Below are positions 9,295-19,232 of a DNA stretch of 64,000 bases, one piece after another. Made by a program: the position numbers and the translations under genes. Under the pieces are notes generated by a model. The model was not told where the DNA came from, searched no databases, and saw only the letters and a list, made by a program, of their open reading frames with translations. Every line of letters starts with the position of its first letter. Position 1 is the first letter of the stretch. Source of the DNA: Methanobacteriota archaeon (lineage in GTDB: Archaea; Thermoplasmatota; Poseidoniia; Poseidoniales; Poseidoniaceae); assembly GCA_002722135.1 (NCBI GenBank), contig PBKJ01000008.1, positions 30,290 through 94,289 of the forward strand, written 5' to 3'.

Positions 9295-11104
9295 CCGCGC
9301 CCATGTCACCGGTCTGGATCGTCCACTGGCTGGCGTACACGCCATTGATGTCCAAGAGGGCATCGTGCTGGCCACGCTCGACGATGGCGCCGTCCACCAT
9401 CGCCAGAATTTCGTCGGCGTTGCGGATGGTCGACAGGCGATGAGCGACGGCGATGGTCGCACGCTGGGCGTTGGTCGCCAGCAGGTTTTCCTGAATGCGT
9501 CGCTCGGTTTCTGCGTCCAAAGCGCTGCTGGCCTCGTCGAGAATGAGCAAGCTTGGGGCCTTCAGCACCGCGCGAGCGAGGCTGACGCGTGCACGCTGTC
9601 CACCGGACAACTTGCTGCCTCGGTCCCCGACCATGGTGTTGAGGCCTTCTTCGAGGTCCTGAACGAAATCCCACGCTCCGGCCGTCTTGAGGGCAGCCTC
9701 AATCCCCGCTGCATCGGTGTCGATGTTGTAGCGGACGTTGTCCTCCACGGTCCCGTGGAAGAGGAACGGCTCTTGCGAGACGAAGCCAATGGCATCACGA
9801 ACGGAATCCAAGGTGAAGGCCGAAACCGGTTGGCCGTTGATGAGCACCTCGCCCTCGTCTGGCGTGTAGTACCGCATGAGGAGCTTCAGGATGGTGGTTT
9901 TGCCGGCCCCCGTGTGGCCCATGACACCGAGGAAATCTCCGGCTTCAACCTTGAACGAAATCCGGGACAAGACGGGTTGGGTGGTCGAGGGGTAGGCGAA
10001 GGTGACGTTGCGGAATTCAACGGACGTGATGCCGCCCTCAAGGGGCACGGCTCCCGGCTCGTCAACGATGGTCGGCTCGAGGTCCACCGCAGCAAAGACC
10101 CGCCGAGCCGCGGCTTCGCCGCGCTGAAGTTGGTTCACAAGGATTCCAAAGATGAACAGCGGCATGGTCATCCGCGTGGAGATGAGCAGGAAGGTCACCA
10201 GTTCACCAGTGGTGATTTCACCGGCTTGGGCCAAGCGACCGCCGGCCACGGTCAGCAAACCGAAGGCGACACCGGCAATGGCGTATATGCCAGGGAGGAA
10301 GCGGTTGCGGTCTTGGCTTGCACCAATGGCCTGATCGCGGTATTCACCGGACTCACGCTGAACGCGGTCCGCCTCCCACGTCTGGGCGTTGTAGGCCTGC
10401 ACCACCGCAATGCCCGAAATGAGGTTCTCGAGCACCGACGTGATGCCTCCCGTGGATTCGCGCTGCTTCCTGTACCGGCGCTGGACGCGCGTGGAAAACC
10501 AATACACGAGCGGGATGATGAAGGTCAGCGGCCCGAAAATGACGGCCGCCAATTTCCACGACATGGAGAGGAGAATGAGGAAGGCGAAGCCGAAGGTCAC
10601 CACAATACGGATGATGGAGGTGGATGAGTCCGCGACCACGTCTTCCAATTGGTTGACGTCAGAGGACAAGACCGACATGATTTGACCGGTTTGCCGCAAA
10701 TCGTAGTAGGACGCTTCCATCGCGATGAGTGACTTGGTGGCGTCCATGCGAAGGTCGTGCTGAATTTTGTAGCCCAAGGTTTGCCACGAGTATTCGGAAA
10801 TGCCTTGGAAGACCGCGAGCATGACGAAGGAGACGAAAATGATGAGGCCGTAACCAACAGCGGGCTGATTGAACGCCGTGACAAAGTCAACCACAGGGCC
10901 GAATCCTGCGATAGCCCCTGAGGTGAAGTGATCGACCGCCCAACCGATGGCGATGAAGGGCAGAAGGTCGGCGGCTCGTGCACAAGCGTTCGCAAGCATA
11001 CCGGTGACCAAGCGACGCGGATATGCGGTCGCATAGGGCACAACGCGCCACAACTGACGGCCCATGACAGCGACGCGGTCATTGATGTCCTCGGGAGCCA
11101 TCAT
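9269..11104 (-). CDS. ABC exporter, fused permease/ATP-binding (MsbA-like)
   Basis: Six-TM domain; Walker A GHTGAGKT, LSGGQ, LILDEASS, AHRLSTI. Confidence 0.93.
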   Translation of the reverse strand: MMAPEDINDRVAVMGRQLWRVVPYATAYPRRLVTGMLANACARAADLLPFIAIGWAVDHFTSGAIAGFGPVVDFVTAFNQPAVGYGLIIFVSFVMLAVFQGISEYSWQTLGYKIQHDLRMDATKSLIAMEASYYDLRQTGQIMSVLSSDVNQLEDVVADSSTSIIRIVVTFGFAFLILLSMSWKLAAVIFGPLTFIIPLVYWFSTRVQRRYRKQRESTGGITSVLENLISGIAVVQAYNAQTWEADRVQRESGEYRDQAIGASQDRNRFLPGIYAIAGVAFGLLTVAGGRLAQAGEITTGELVTFLLISTRMTMPLFIFGILVNQLQRGEAAARRVFAAVDLEPTIVDEPGAVPLEGGITSVEFRNVTFAYPSTTQPVLSRISFKVEAGDFLGVMGHTGAGKTTILKLLMRYYTPDEGEVLINGQPVSAFTLDSVRDAIGFVSQEPFLFHGTVEDNVRYNIDTDAAGIEAALKTAGAWDFVQDLEEGLNTMVGDRGSKLSGGQRARVSLARAVLKAPSLLILDEASSALDAETERRIQENLLATNAQRATIAVAHRLSTIRNADEILAMVDGAIVERGQHDALLDINGVYASQWTIQTGDMGAVIGDDSEG

Positions 11105-11219
11105 GTCTCCACTCGTCCCGCGACGCATGGTTTGCGCTCGTCAAGTGGCCTTTGAACGCTCGTGTTCACCCGGCCTGAATCAACCAATGCTTGATGAGGG
11201 TTCAGCAGAACCAGACCAC

Positions 11220-14200
11220 ATGACCCGACGTGCTGCGCATGCCTTGTTCTTCAGCGCGCTGATGCTCATCCAAATCACGGCTCCGTTGGCTGCCGGAACG
11301 CCAACGAACGGGCCAGAACGCGTGCTCGACACGGACGTCGACCTGACGTTGCTTGACGCCTTCGGCATGCAACCAAGCGGCGACCTCGCCGAAGGATGGT
11401 TCGCTCCAACCGAGGCTGGCCATGTCAACCTCGTTCACCGCACGTCCGCGCTTGTGGCCCCATCGGATTGGGCGTCATGGACCGGTGAGCAGGGCCTGCT
11501 TGACGGCTGGTTCGTCCTTGGAACCACGTGGCCGGTGCCAACGCCTTGGGAAGGCGAACTTGCAGAGGCCGGCATCGCGTGTGGATCCTTCCTTCCACCG
11601 GCTGCCTTCCATTGCGAGGTGAACGGGCTCCTGCCGAACGACCTCGAAGCCTTGGGCGTCACCGGCATGCAGCGACTCGCGCCTTCGGACCGTGTCCGAG
11701 AAGGGCTGCTTGAATCGCTGTATGGACAGGACGAACCCGTCTTGGCCAGCGCGATGCTCGCTGGTGAGAGGCTCCCTGAGACCCTGCCTCATGGCGTTGA
11801 GGTCCTCAGCCACAGCGGACGGTTCGCAGATTTCCTGCTCAGCAGTGAAGGGCTGAGCACGCTCGCACACGAGCCTGCCCTTGAGTGGGTGGAGCCTCGT
11901 CCGTGGTTCGTGAACTTCAACGACGAAGCCCGCCACATCATGAACGTCACCGGCGTCTCCTCCACCAGCTCCATGGGAGCGACGTCGACGGGTTGGACCG
12001 GACTTGACGGATCGGGCGTCATCGTGACCGTGGCCGACACCGGCCTCGACAACGGGGTCAACAACTCGAACATGCACCCTGATTTTGCCGATCACATCGT
12101 CGATGTGGTGTCCTTCGGCGTCCCCTCTGGCACATGTTCGTACTACAGCCTCCCGACCTGCAACGACGGTGCGGCCGACGAGTGGTCGGGCCACGGAACG
12201 CACGTGGCAGGCTCCGTGCTTGGTGACGGTACCCACAGCAACGGCGCCATCCAAGGCGCAGCGCCGGAAGCCCGGCTGTATTTCCAAGCCATCGAGACGG
12301 AGGCGACCATCTCAGGAACCACAGACGGCTACCTCCTTGGCATCCCAAACAACCTCTACGATTTGTTTGAGCCCGCATACGACAACGGTTCTCGTGTGCA
12401 CACCAACTCGTGGGGTTCAGCGGTCAACGGTCAGTACACCACGTCCTCTGCACAAGCCGACGCCAGCGCACAGATTCTCTGGGACATGGCGATTTTGTTC
12501 GCTGCCGGGAACGAAGGCACGGACGGCAACAGCGACGGTGAAGTGGATTTGGACAGCATGTCCTCACCGGGCACCGCAAAGAACGTCATCACGGTCGGCG
12601 CGACAGAGAACGATCGTTCCTCGGTCACCTCCACGTGGGGGGGATGGTGGCCTGGTGATTACCCGACCAACCCCGTCAAGGACGACCGCCATGCGGACAA
12701 CATCGACGGCATGGCGGCGTTTTCCAGTCGGGGCCCTACCGACGACTCACGTCTCAAACCGGACGTCTCTGCACCGGGCGCGTGGATCCTGAGCACAAAG
12801 TCCCGGGACACCACGAGCGTCGGTTGGGGCGCCTACAACACCTCGTACACCTACATGGGCGGCACGAGCATGGCCACGCCTCTCACGGCCGGCGCCACGG
12901 CCTTGCTCATTCAGCACCTCGACGATAACCTCGGCCACAGCCAACCCTCCTCCGCGCTGGTGAAAGCCATCCTTGCCGCCTCGTCCACCGACATGGCAGG
13001 CCAATACAGCTCCTCGACCAACGGCGCCGGTGAAACAGCCCCCAACGACCACGAAGGCTGGGGTCGTGTGGACATGTGGACGGCGGTGAATGCCTCCTTT
13101 GTCGACAACGAGAGCGTCAGCACCAACGACGAGCGTGGTTGGAGTTTCAACGTCCCCAACGGAGCCGACGACTTCCGCGTGATGCTCGCTTGGACCGACC
13201 CCGCCTCGACACCTGCCGCTTCGACGAATCTGGTCAACGACCTGGACCTGGCCGTGAAAGACCCAAGTGGGACGTGGACAAACCTGTCCAACGACGAAGA
13301 CAACCTTCGCGGTCTGACCTTCACATCCCCCGCGCAAGGGACGTGGGAGGTCCACGTCATCGGCACGAGCGTCCCGCAGGGTGGGCCGCAGATGTTTGCG
13401 ATGACGCTGAGCGAAAATTGGACCCTGACCAACCTCACACAGGATGCTGATTTGGACGGTGTTGAGGACGACGACGACGATTGTCCCAACGACTACGGCC
13501 GATCGACCGTCGATCGTGTCGGTTGTCCTGACACGGACAACGACGGCTATTCCAATCAGGACGCCAACTGGACGCTGGCCAACGGCGCTGACGCCTTCCC
13601 CGCTGAACCCACGCAATGGGCGGACAGCGATTATGACGGCTACGGCGACAACGCCGTGGGCTTCCAGCCGGACGCATGTACGTCCGTGGCGGGCAACTCC
13701 ACTCAAGACCGGTTTGGCTGCATCGACAGCGACGGCGACGGATGGTCGGACCCCGTCGGAGGATACACCGTCGAAAGCGGCGGCGACGCCTGTGATGACG
13801 TCCTCGGCACGTCTTGGCGTGACCGCAACGGTTGCACCGATGAGGACGGCGACGGAGCCTCCGACCCAGACCCCACCGGCGCCTCGTCGTCCAACGGTAG
13901 CGCTTGGGGCGTCACGGAGGGTGCAGACGCCTTCCTCGGCGACGACACGCAGTGGGTGGACACCGACGGGGACGGATACGGCGACAATCCTGCGCCAGCC
14001 ACGGACCCGGACGGCTGCCCAACGCAGTTCGGAGACTCGACGGCCGACCGGCTGGGTTGCCCGGACACCGACGGTGACACCTACTCAGACCCTGATTCAG
14101 GGTTTACCGCCGCTCACGGCGCGGATGCCTTCCCCAACGAAGCCTCACAGTGGGCCGATCAAGACGGCGATGGCTACGGCGACAACGCCACGGGCACGCA

Positions 14201-16805
14201 GCCGGATGCATGCCCCACCGTGCCCGGCACGTCCACGGAAGCCAACCGTCTGGGTTGCCCAGACGGTGACGGTGACGGTTGGGCCGACGTGGACGACGCT
14301 TTCCCCTTCGAATCCACGCAGTGGAACGACACGGACATGGACGGCTACGGGGACAACGCGATGGGGGCGAATCCCGACGCTTGTCCCTCCACGGCAGGCA
14401 CCTCAACCAACGACCGCCTTGGGTGCGCGGACAGCGACGGAGACGGCTATTCGGACCCAGACGCCGGATGGACCACCGCGCAAGGGGCGGACGAATGGCC
14501 CTCCGACGCCACCCAATGGGTGGACGCTGACGCCGACGGTTACGGGGACAATCCGGCCGGAACGATGGGTGACGCCTGTCCAGGCGTGACGGGCGGCTCG
14601 TCGGTGGATCGTTACGGTTGCCCAGACGCAGACGGCGACGGGTACTCGGACGCCGACGGCAGTTGGACCGTCCTCAACGGTGCCGACGCCTTCCCAAGCG
14701 ACGCTTCTCGCTGGGCGGACAGCGATGGCGACGGCTACGACGACACCATCGATGACGCCTGTCCCAACGCTGCGGGCACGTCTTCACTGGACCGCCAAGG
14801 GTGCCCCGACCGAGACAGCGACGGCTGGTCGGACCCGGACGGGGTGTGGACCGTCGCTGATGGCGCGGATGCCTTTGTGATGGACGGCACCCAGTGGGCC
14901 GACCAGGACGGTGACGGATACGGCGACAACAGCACCGGCACCTTGGCCGATGCCTGCCCGACACAGGCCGGCTCCTCGTGGCAAAACGGCACCCTTGGTT
15001 GCCCAGACTCGGACGGTGACGGTTGGGCCGACGCCGAAGATCAGGCTCCCAACGACGGCACGCAGTGGGTGGACACCGACGGAGACGGATACTTCGACAA
15101 CTCCGGGGGAACCATGCCAGATGCATGCCCGAACGTTCAGGGCAATTCCACGGCGGCCAACCGATACGGATGTCCGGACACCGACGGTGACGGCTGGGAC
15201 GACGCCATCGACGTGCTTCCGAACCTGCCCTCGCAGTGGGCTGATCAAGACGGTGACGGATACGGCGACAACGCCACGGGTCCGCAACATGATGCGTGTC
15301 CCGGAGAAGCCGGCACCTCTACCGTTGACCGCTTTGGCTGCCCCGACGCGGACAACGACGGTGTCTCAGACCTCGGTGACGCCTTCCCTGACGACCCGAG
15401 CCGCACTGCGGACGCTGACGGCGACGGCATCGACGACCCAAGCGATGGGTGCCCTGCCTTGGCGGGCACGTCAACCAGCCCCGTGACCGGATGCCCGGAC
15501 ACGGACGGAGACGGCGTGGCCGATGCTCAGCCCGGTGTCGACGGCATCGGTGAAGTGCGCATCGACCAAGGTGCCGATCCTTTCCCCAACGACCCGACAC
15601 AATCGGCCGATTCGGACGGCGACGGCTACGGCAACAACGCCTCGGGCACCGAAGGCGACGCCTGTCCAAGCGTGGCAGGGAATTCGACCTTCGACCGATT
15701 CGGCTGTCCTGATTCAGACGGTGACGGCGCCTCGGACGAAGGAGATGAATTCCCGAACGACCCCTCCCAGATCGGTGACACCGACAACGACGGCTACGGC
15801 GATCTCGCGTCGGGTGAACAACCCGATGCTTGTCCGGGCACAGCAGGAACGTCCACGCTCGACCGCTTCGGTTGTCCGGACAGCGACGGCGACGGCCAAA
15901 GCGACCTCAACGACCCTTGGCCAAGCGATGGAGCCGTGTGGTCGGATGGGGACGGTGACGGCTACGCTGACCAAGGTGGAACGTCGGTTTCAGACGATTG
16001 CCCGTCGGTGGCAGGAACCTCCACGCACTCGAGTGCACGGGGTTGTGAAGACCGGGATGAAGACGGCTGGTCGGATGACGAAGACGCCTTCCCAGACCTT
16101 TCCACACAACAGGTGGACAGCGACGGTGACGGATACGGTGACAACAACAGCATCGGTGCCGAGTCGCCGGACCATTGGCCGCAGGATGCCTCACGTAACG
16201 TGGCGGAAGCGACCCTCGAATGCCAGCTGGTCGATCCAGAGGTCGATTTGGCGGTGGGGCCAAAGTTCGCCTTCACGTGCACCGTCACCCACAGCATGGA
16301 CGTCCCCGTTACGGCCCGTGTCACGTGGGACGGCGGCTCGGACTTGTTCGGTGGCGCTCGCTCACAAACCGTCGTCATCGCACCCGAGGCGGACAACGCC
16401 ACGCTGTGGTTCCAAACCGAGGTGGCACGCATGGTGCCCATCGATTTGGTCATCACCGTGCTCGAACCAGGCGGCAGCGTCGCCATGGACGAAGTCACGC
16501 TGAAGGTGAACGTGGTCGACAGTCGCTTGTTCGAGGTGGACGAACCGACGCGAATGGAATGGACCGACATGTCATGGTGGGTGGACGACGAACGTGGACA
16601 GGTGGCCCTCGGCCAGGTGCTCTTGATCGTCCTCCTGCTCGGCTTGTTGGTGCAAGGCCGTCGGCGACGAACGCGGTGGGAAGAGGAACGAGAGGCCCTC
16701 GCCATGGCGCTGGTGGAACGTCGACGAACGGCACCACCGATGTCCTCGACACCGCCCCCACCGCAGGGCATCCCGAGCCTGCAGCAGCGACCGCCAAACC
16801 CCTGA
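11220..16805 (+). CDS. Secreted, membrane-anchored S8 subtilase (Kp43-like) with PPC-like domain and long thrombospondin type-3 repeat stalk
   Basis: Signal peptide; triad VADTGLD / GHGTHVAG / GGTSMATP; dozens of DxDGDG and DACP/GCPD repeats; C-terminal TM helix plus RRRR. Confidence 0.93.
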   Translation: MTRRAAHALFFSALMLIQITAPLAAGTPTNGPERVLDTDVDLTLLDAFGMQPSGDLAEGWFAPTEAGHVNLVHRTSALVAPSDWASWTGEQGLLDGWFVLGTTWPVPTPWEGELAEAGIACGSFLPPAAFHCEVNGLLPNDLEALGVTGMQRLAPSDRVREGLLESLYGQDEPVLASAMLAGERLPETLPHGVEVLSHSGRFADFLLSSEGLSTLAHEPALEWVEPRPWFVNFNDEARHIMNVTGVSSTSSMGATSTGWTGLDGSGVIVTVADTGLDNGVNNSNMHPDFADHIVDVVSFGVPSGTCSYYSLPTCNDGAADEWSGHGTHVAGSVLGDGTHSNGAIQGAAPEARLYFQAIETEATISGTTDGYLLGIPNNLYDLFEPAYDNGSRVHTNSWGSAVNGQYTTSSAQADASAQILWDMAILFAAGNEGTDGNSDGEVDLDSMSSPGTAKNVITVGATENDRSSVTSTWGGWWPGDYPTNPVKDDRHADNIDGMAAFSSRGPTDDSRLKPDVSAPGAWILSTKSRDTTSVGWGAYNTSYTYMGGTSMATPLTAGATALLIQHLDDNLGHSQPSSALVKAILAASSTDMAGQYSSSTNGAGETAPNDHEGWGRVDMWTAVNASFVDNESVSTNDERGWSFNVPNGADDFRVMLAWTDPASTPAASTNLVNDLDLAVKDPSGTWTNLSNDEDNLRGLTFTSPAQGTWEVHVIGTSVPQGGPQMFAMTLSENWTLTNLTQDADLDGVEDDDDDCPNDYGRSTVDRVGCPDTDNDGYSNQDANWTLANGADAFPAEPTQWADSDYDGYGDNAVGFQPDACTSVAGNSTQDRFGCIDSDGDGWSDPVGGYTVESGGDACDDVLGTSWRDRNGCTDEDGDGASDPDPTGASSSNGSAWGVTEGADAFLGDDTQWVDTDGDGYGDNPAPATDPDGCPTQFGDSTADRLGCPDTDGDTYSDPDSGFTAAHGADAFPNEASQWADQDGDGYGDNATGTQPDACPTVPGTSTEANRLGCPDGDGDGWADVDDAFPFESTQWNDTDMDGYGDNAMGANPDACPSTAGTSTNDRLGCADSDGDGYSDPDAGWTTAQGADEWPSDATQWVDADADGYGDNPAGTMGDACPGVTGGSSVDRYGCPDADGDGYSDADGSWTVLNGADAFPSDASRWADSDGDGYDDTIDDACPNAAGTSSLDRQGCPDRDSDGWSDPDGVWTVADGADAFVMDGTQWADQDGDGYGDNSTGTLADACPTQAGSSWQNGTLGCPDSDGDGWADAEDQAPNDGTQWVDTDGDGYFDNSGGTMPDACPNVQGNSTAANRYGCPDTDGDGWDDAIDVLPNLPSQWADQDGDGYGDNATGPQHDACPGEAGTSTVDRFGCPDADNDGVSDLGDAFPDDPSRTADADGDGIDDPSDGCPALAGTSTSPVTGCPDTDGDGVADAQPGVDGIGEVRIDQGADPFPNDPTQSADSDGDGYGNNASGTEGDACPSVAGNSTFDRFGCPDSDGDGASDEGDEFPNDPSQIGDTDNDGYGDLASGEQPDACPGTAGTSTLDRFGCPDSDGDGQSDLNDPWPSDGAVWSDGDGDGYADQGGTSVSDDCPSVAGTSTHSSARGCEDRDEDGWSDDEDAFPDLSTQQVDSDGDGYGDNNSIGAESPDHWPQDASRNVAEATLECQLVDPEVDLAVGPKFAFTCTVTHSMDVPVTARVTWDGGSDLFGGARSQTVVIAPEADNATLWFQTEVARMVPIDLVITVLEPGGSVAMDEVTLKVNVVDSRLFEVDEPTRMEWTDMSWWVDDERGQVALGQVLLIVLLLGLLVQGRRRRTRWEEEREALAMALVERRRTAPPMSSTPPPPQGIPSLQQRPPNP
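13440..16190 (+). repeat. Degenerate coding tandem repeats (TSP3-like Ca2+-binding units)
   Basis: Recurrent DAFP..QWxDxDGDGYGDN..DACP..G.S..DR.GCPDxDGDG units; bounds approximate. Confidence 0.85.
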
Positions 16806-16852
16806 AGCTGCGACGCGTCCGCCACCGCCTGAAGGTGAACACCACGCCGAGG

Positions 16853-16924
16853 TGCGGATAGCGGGAGTCGAACCCACGACATAAGGTTGGAAACCTCAGA
16901 TGATAACCACTTCACCATATCCGC
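16853..16924 (-). tRNA. tRNA-Gly (TCC)
   Basis: GCGGATA acceptor pairs with TATCCGC+A; anticodon arm TGAGG-TT-TCC-AA-CCTTA; T arm GTGGG-TTCGACT-CCCGC; no intron; CCA not fully encoded. Confidence 0.95.
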
Positions 16925-17021
16925 TGGCGTGTTGACTCGGCGTGTGGCCATCCTGTCTTGAGGTCATCGGCCGGCCAGACGACATGGCGAAGTCCTTAGG
17001 AACCGGGCATTCGACCAACCC

Positions 17022-18446
17022 ATGATGCTGGCGAAGATGCGCACCGCATTGCTGCTCATGGTGCTCATGATGCTGGCTCCAATGTCGGGCTGCATCGGTG
17101 GCACCCCTGAGGAAGAGGTCATCGACGCCGATGCGACCCTGACCATCGATGGGCTCCCCGCCACCGAAGCCACCGTCCGCCTTGGCGAGTGGCATGACCT
17201 GCTGCTCATCGGCGAGGGACTCCGCCTTTCTGCTCCCGCCCACGACGTGTTCCTGTTCGTGAACGGGTCGATGGATTTGGACAGTTCCGTGCCGGTCGAC
17301 GGTGACCGCTTGTCCTTCCGCTTGCTGACCACGCCCTACACTGAGGTGGTCGAACTGACGATCTACGATCAAAATGGCCGGAAGACCATGTTCTCCCTGC
17401 CCATCGAAAACGGGACACCAATCATCAACGGCCAGGAATGGTTCGAGAAGATGGATTACATCACCTGCGATCCGGTGATTGACGGACGTCCCTCCGCCGA
17501 ATGCGGGGGCTACAACGATCGGTGGATGGGTGCGGCAAACCCCGCCTATGAGCGAGCTGCGGCCTATTTCCAAGGACACTTTGAGAGCCTCGGTTACCGC
17601 ACCTACATGCTCCGCGTCACCGACCACCTCAACCCCACGCAACCTGAATCACTGAACGTCATCGCCTGGAAAGAGGGGCGCGACGACTCCTGCGTTCAGG
17701 GCATGGGCGGCCACATGGACATCATGCCCCCGGCCGGACCCCCCGGCGGCGGTACCCACGAAGGCGCGTACGACAACACCGCTGGCACGGTCACGATGAT
17801 GCTCTACGCCAAGGTGCTGGCCGATTTGGAGGTGGAATGCGACACCTTCCTTGCGCTTTGGTCCTCCGAAGAAGAGGGGCTGCGCGGCTCCAACGCGTTC
17901 GCCAACAACGATTGCGGCTACTGCCTCCCCCAAGACAAGGAACTCCGGTTTTACATCAACATGGACATGATGGGCATCTCATGGCCGGCCATCAAGCCCA
18001 CCGGTGAACCGTACCCCTACCACGCATGGTCTGGCCCCGACATCGACCCCGATGAGCAAGACGTTGCCATCACCAGCATCCTTGACCACGTGCATCGGAA
18101 CGTCCTGAAGGCCCCGATGGACCTCCGCATCGACGGGACCTACGGCGCAGGGTGCGACCAGCATTGGGAAGACCACGCCGATCTTGTGATGGACGTCCAC
18201 GAGGACACCTTCGGTCGATCCGACCACGTTACCTTCCGCGACCTTGGCGCACAGACCATCTTCCACCTTGGTGCATACGACGACGACTACGATGCGTACC
18301 ACTCGCCCTCGGATACGTTGGAGAACATGATGGACGTGGTGGGTGGCCAAGACAAGCTGGAAGAAAGCATCGAGTTCGTGATGTGGGCCGCTTTGCTCGA
18401 ATTCCTGTTTGCCGATCAAACTCCGGAAATCCGCAACGTCGGTTGA
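17022..18446 (+). CDS. M28 family metallopeptidase, probable lipoprotein
   Basis: Lipobox-like MSGC; GGHMD, GAYDNTAG, SEEEGLRGS, YINMDM, RSDH, YHSPSDT. Confidence 0.9.
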   Translation: MMLAKMRTALLLMVLMMLAPMSGCIGGTPEEEVIDADATLTIDGLPATEATVRLGEWHDLLLIGEGLRLSAPAHDVFLFVNGSMDLDSSVPVDGDRLSFRLLTTPYTEVVELTIYDQNGRKTMFSLPIENGTPIINGQEWFEKMDYITCDPVIDGRPSAECGGYNDRWMGAANPAYERAAAYFQGHFESLGYRTYMLRVTDHLNPTQPESLNVIAWKEGRDDSCVQGMGGHMDIMPPAGPPGGGTHEGAYDNTAGTVTMMLYAKVLADLEVECDTFLALWSSEEEGLRGSNAFANNDCGYCLPQDKELRFYINMDMMGISWPAIKPTGEPYPYHAWSGPDIDPDEQDVAITSILDHVHRNVLKAPMDLRIDGTYGAGCDQHWEDHADLVMDVHEDTFGRSDHVTFRDLGAQTIFHLGAYDDDYDAYHSPSDTLENMMDVVGGQDKLEESIEFVMWAALLEFLFADQTPEIRNVG

Positions 18447-19232
18447 TCACGACATGTTGCGGGTGGTTTTGCACCCCACGCCCCAGTCTGGGTTGAGCTG
18501 CATGGCCGCTCGCGTCGCATCGAGCACGGTGTCCTCTGGCGTCTGAGGAGGAGCGCGGCCTGGGGCTAAGGCGACGCACATCAGCATCCCGTCCACCTCC
18601 ATCCAACTCAGGTGCACGACAGCGCCGTTGTGGACGTAGCGATCACCCTCCGCCACGATGTGACGTGGGTTCAGATGCATCCCCAAACCCAGCGCCTTCT
18701 GCACGGCTTCTTTCGTCACCCATGCACGGAGGGCTGACGCTGGCTTGCCCTGGAAGGAGGCACGCTCTTCGGCGGAGGCAAACATGTCCCATGCACCCTC
18801 GGCGATGGCTCGGTCAAGCGGTTCTGCATCGACCCCAATGCTCCATCCTGTATCGACCAAACCGACGACGGCTTGCCCAGCGCTGTGGCCAATGGACACA
18901 CCCGGCAAGGGAGCTTGCCGCCAGAGGCCAGGCCGCCAGCGGAGGTAGGGGGCACGGTGCTCATCGCGCACCACGTCCAGTTCGTCCGTGCGGCCAAGTG
19001 AGGCGCGCTCCTTCCACCACGCTTCGACGGCGTTGGCCAGCAAAAGGCGCCCACCAAGATGCTCCCTTCGACGCTTGTCGGTTTTGAACGTCAGCCACTC
19101 GGTCGAGTCCACCAAAGGCGGTAACGGGTCATCGACCCCTGGAAGGCGCTCGGGGAGCGAGGAGAGGTGGACCATGTGCTCTGGGGCATCGAAGCCGGAC
19201 CACTCCGGCACGACCCTTCGCATCTGCATCAC
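18447..19232 (-). CDS. 4'-phosphopantetheinyl transferase (Sfp-type)
   Basis: SIGHS, IGVDAE, WVTKEAVQKALG motifs; start overlaps the PKS stop. Confidence 0.9.
   Translation of the reverse strand: MMQMRRVVPEWSGFDAPEHMVHLSSLPERLPGVDDPLPPLVDSTEWLTFKTDKRRREHLGGRLLLANAVEAWWKERASLGRTDELDVVRDEHRAPYLRWRPGLWRQAPLPGVSIGHSAGQAVVGLVDTGWSIGVDAEPLDRAIAEGAWDMFASAEERASFQGKPASALRAWVTKEAVQKALGLGMHLNPRHIVAEGDRYVHNGAVVHLSWMEVDGMLMCVALAPGRAPPQTPEDTVLDATRAAMQLNPDWGVGCKTTRNMS

Noticed and set aside
13440-16190. CRISPR-like periodic repeats
   Set aside because: Degenerate in-frame protein repeats, not identical repeats with unique spacers; no cas genes
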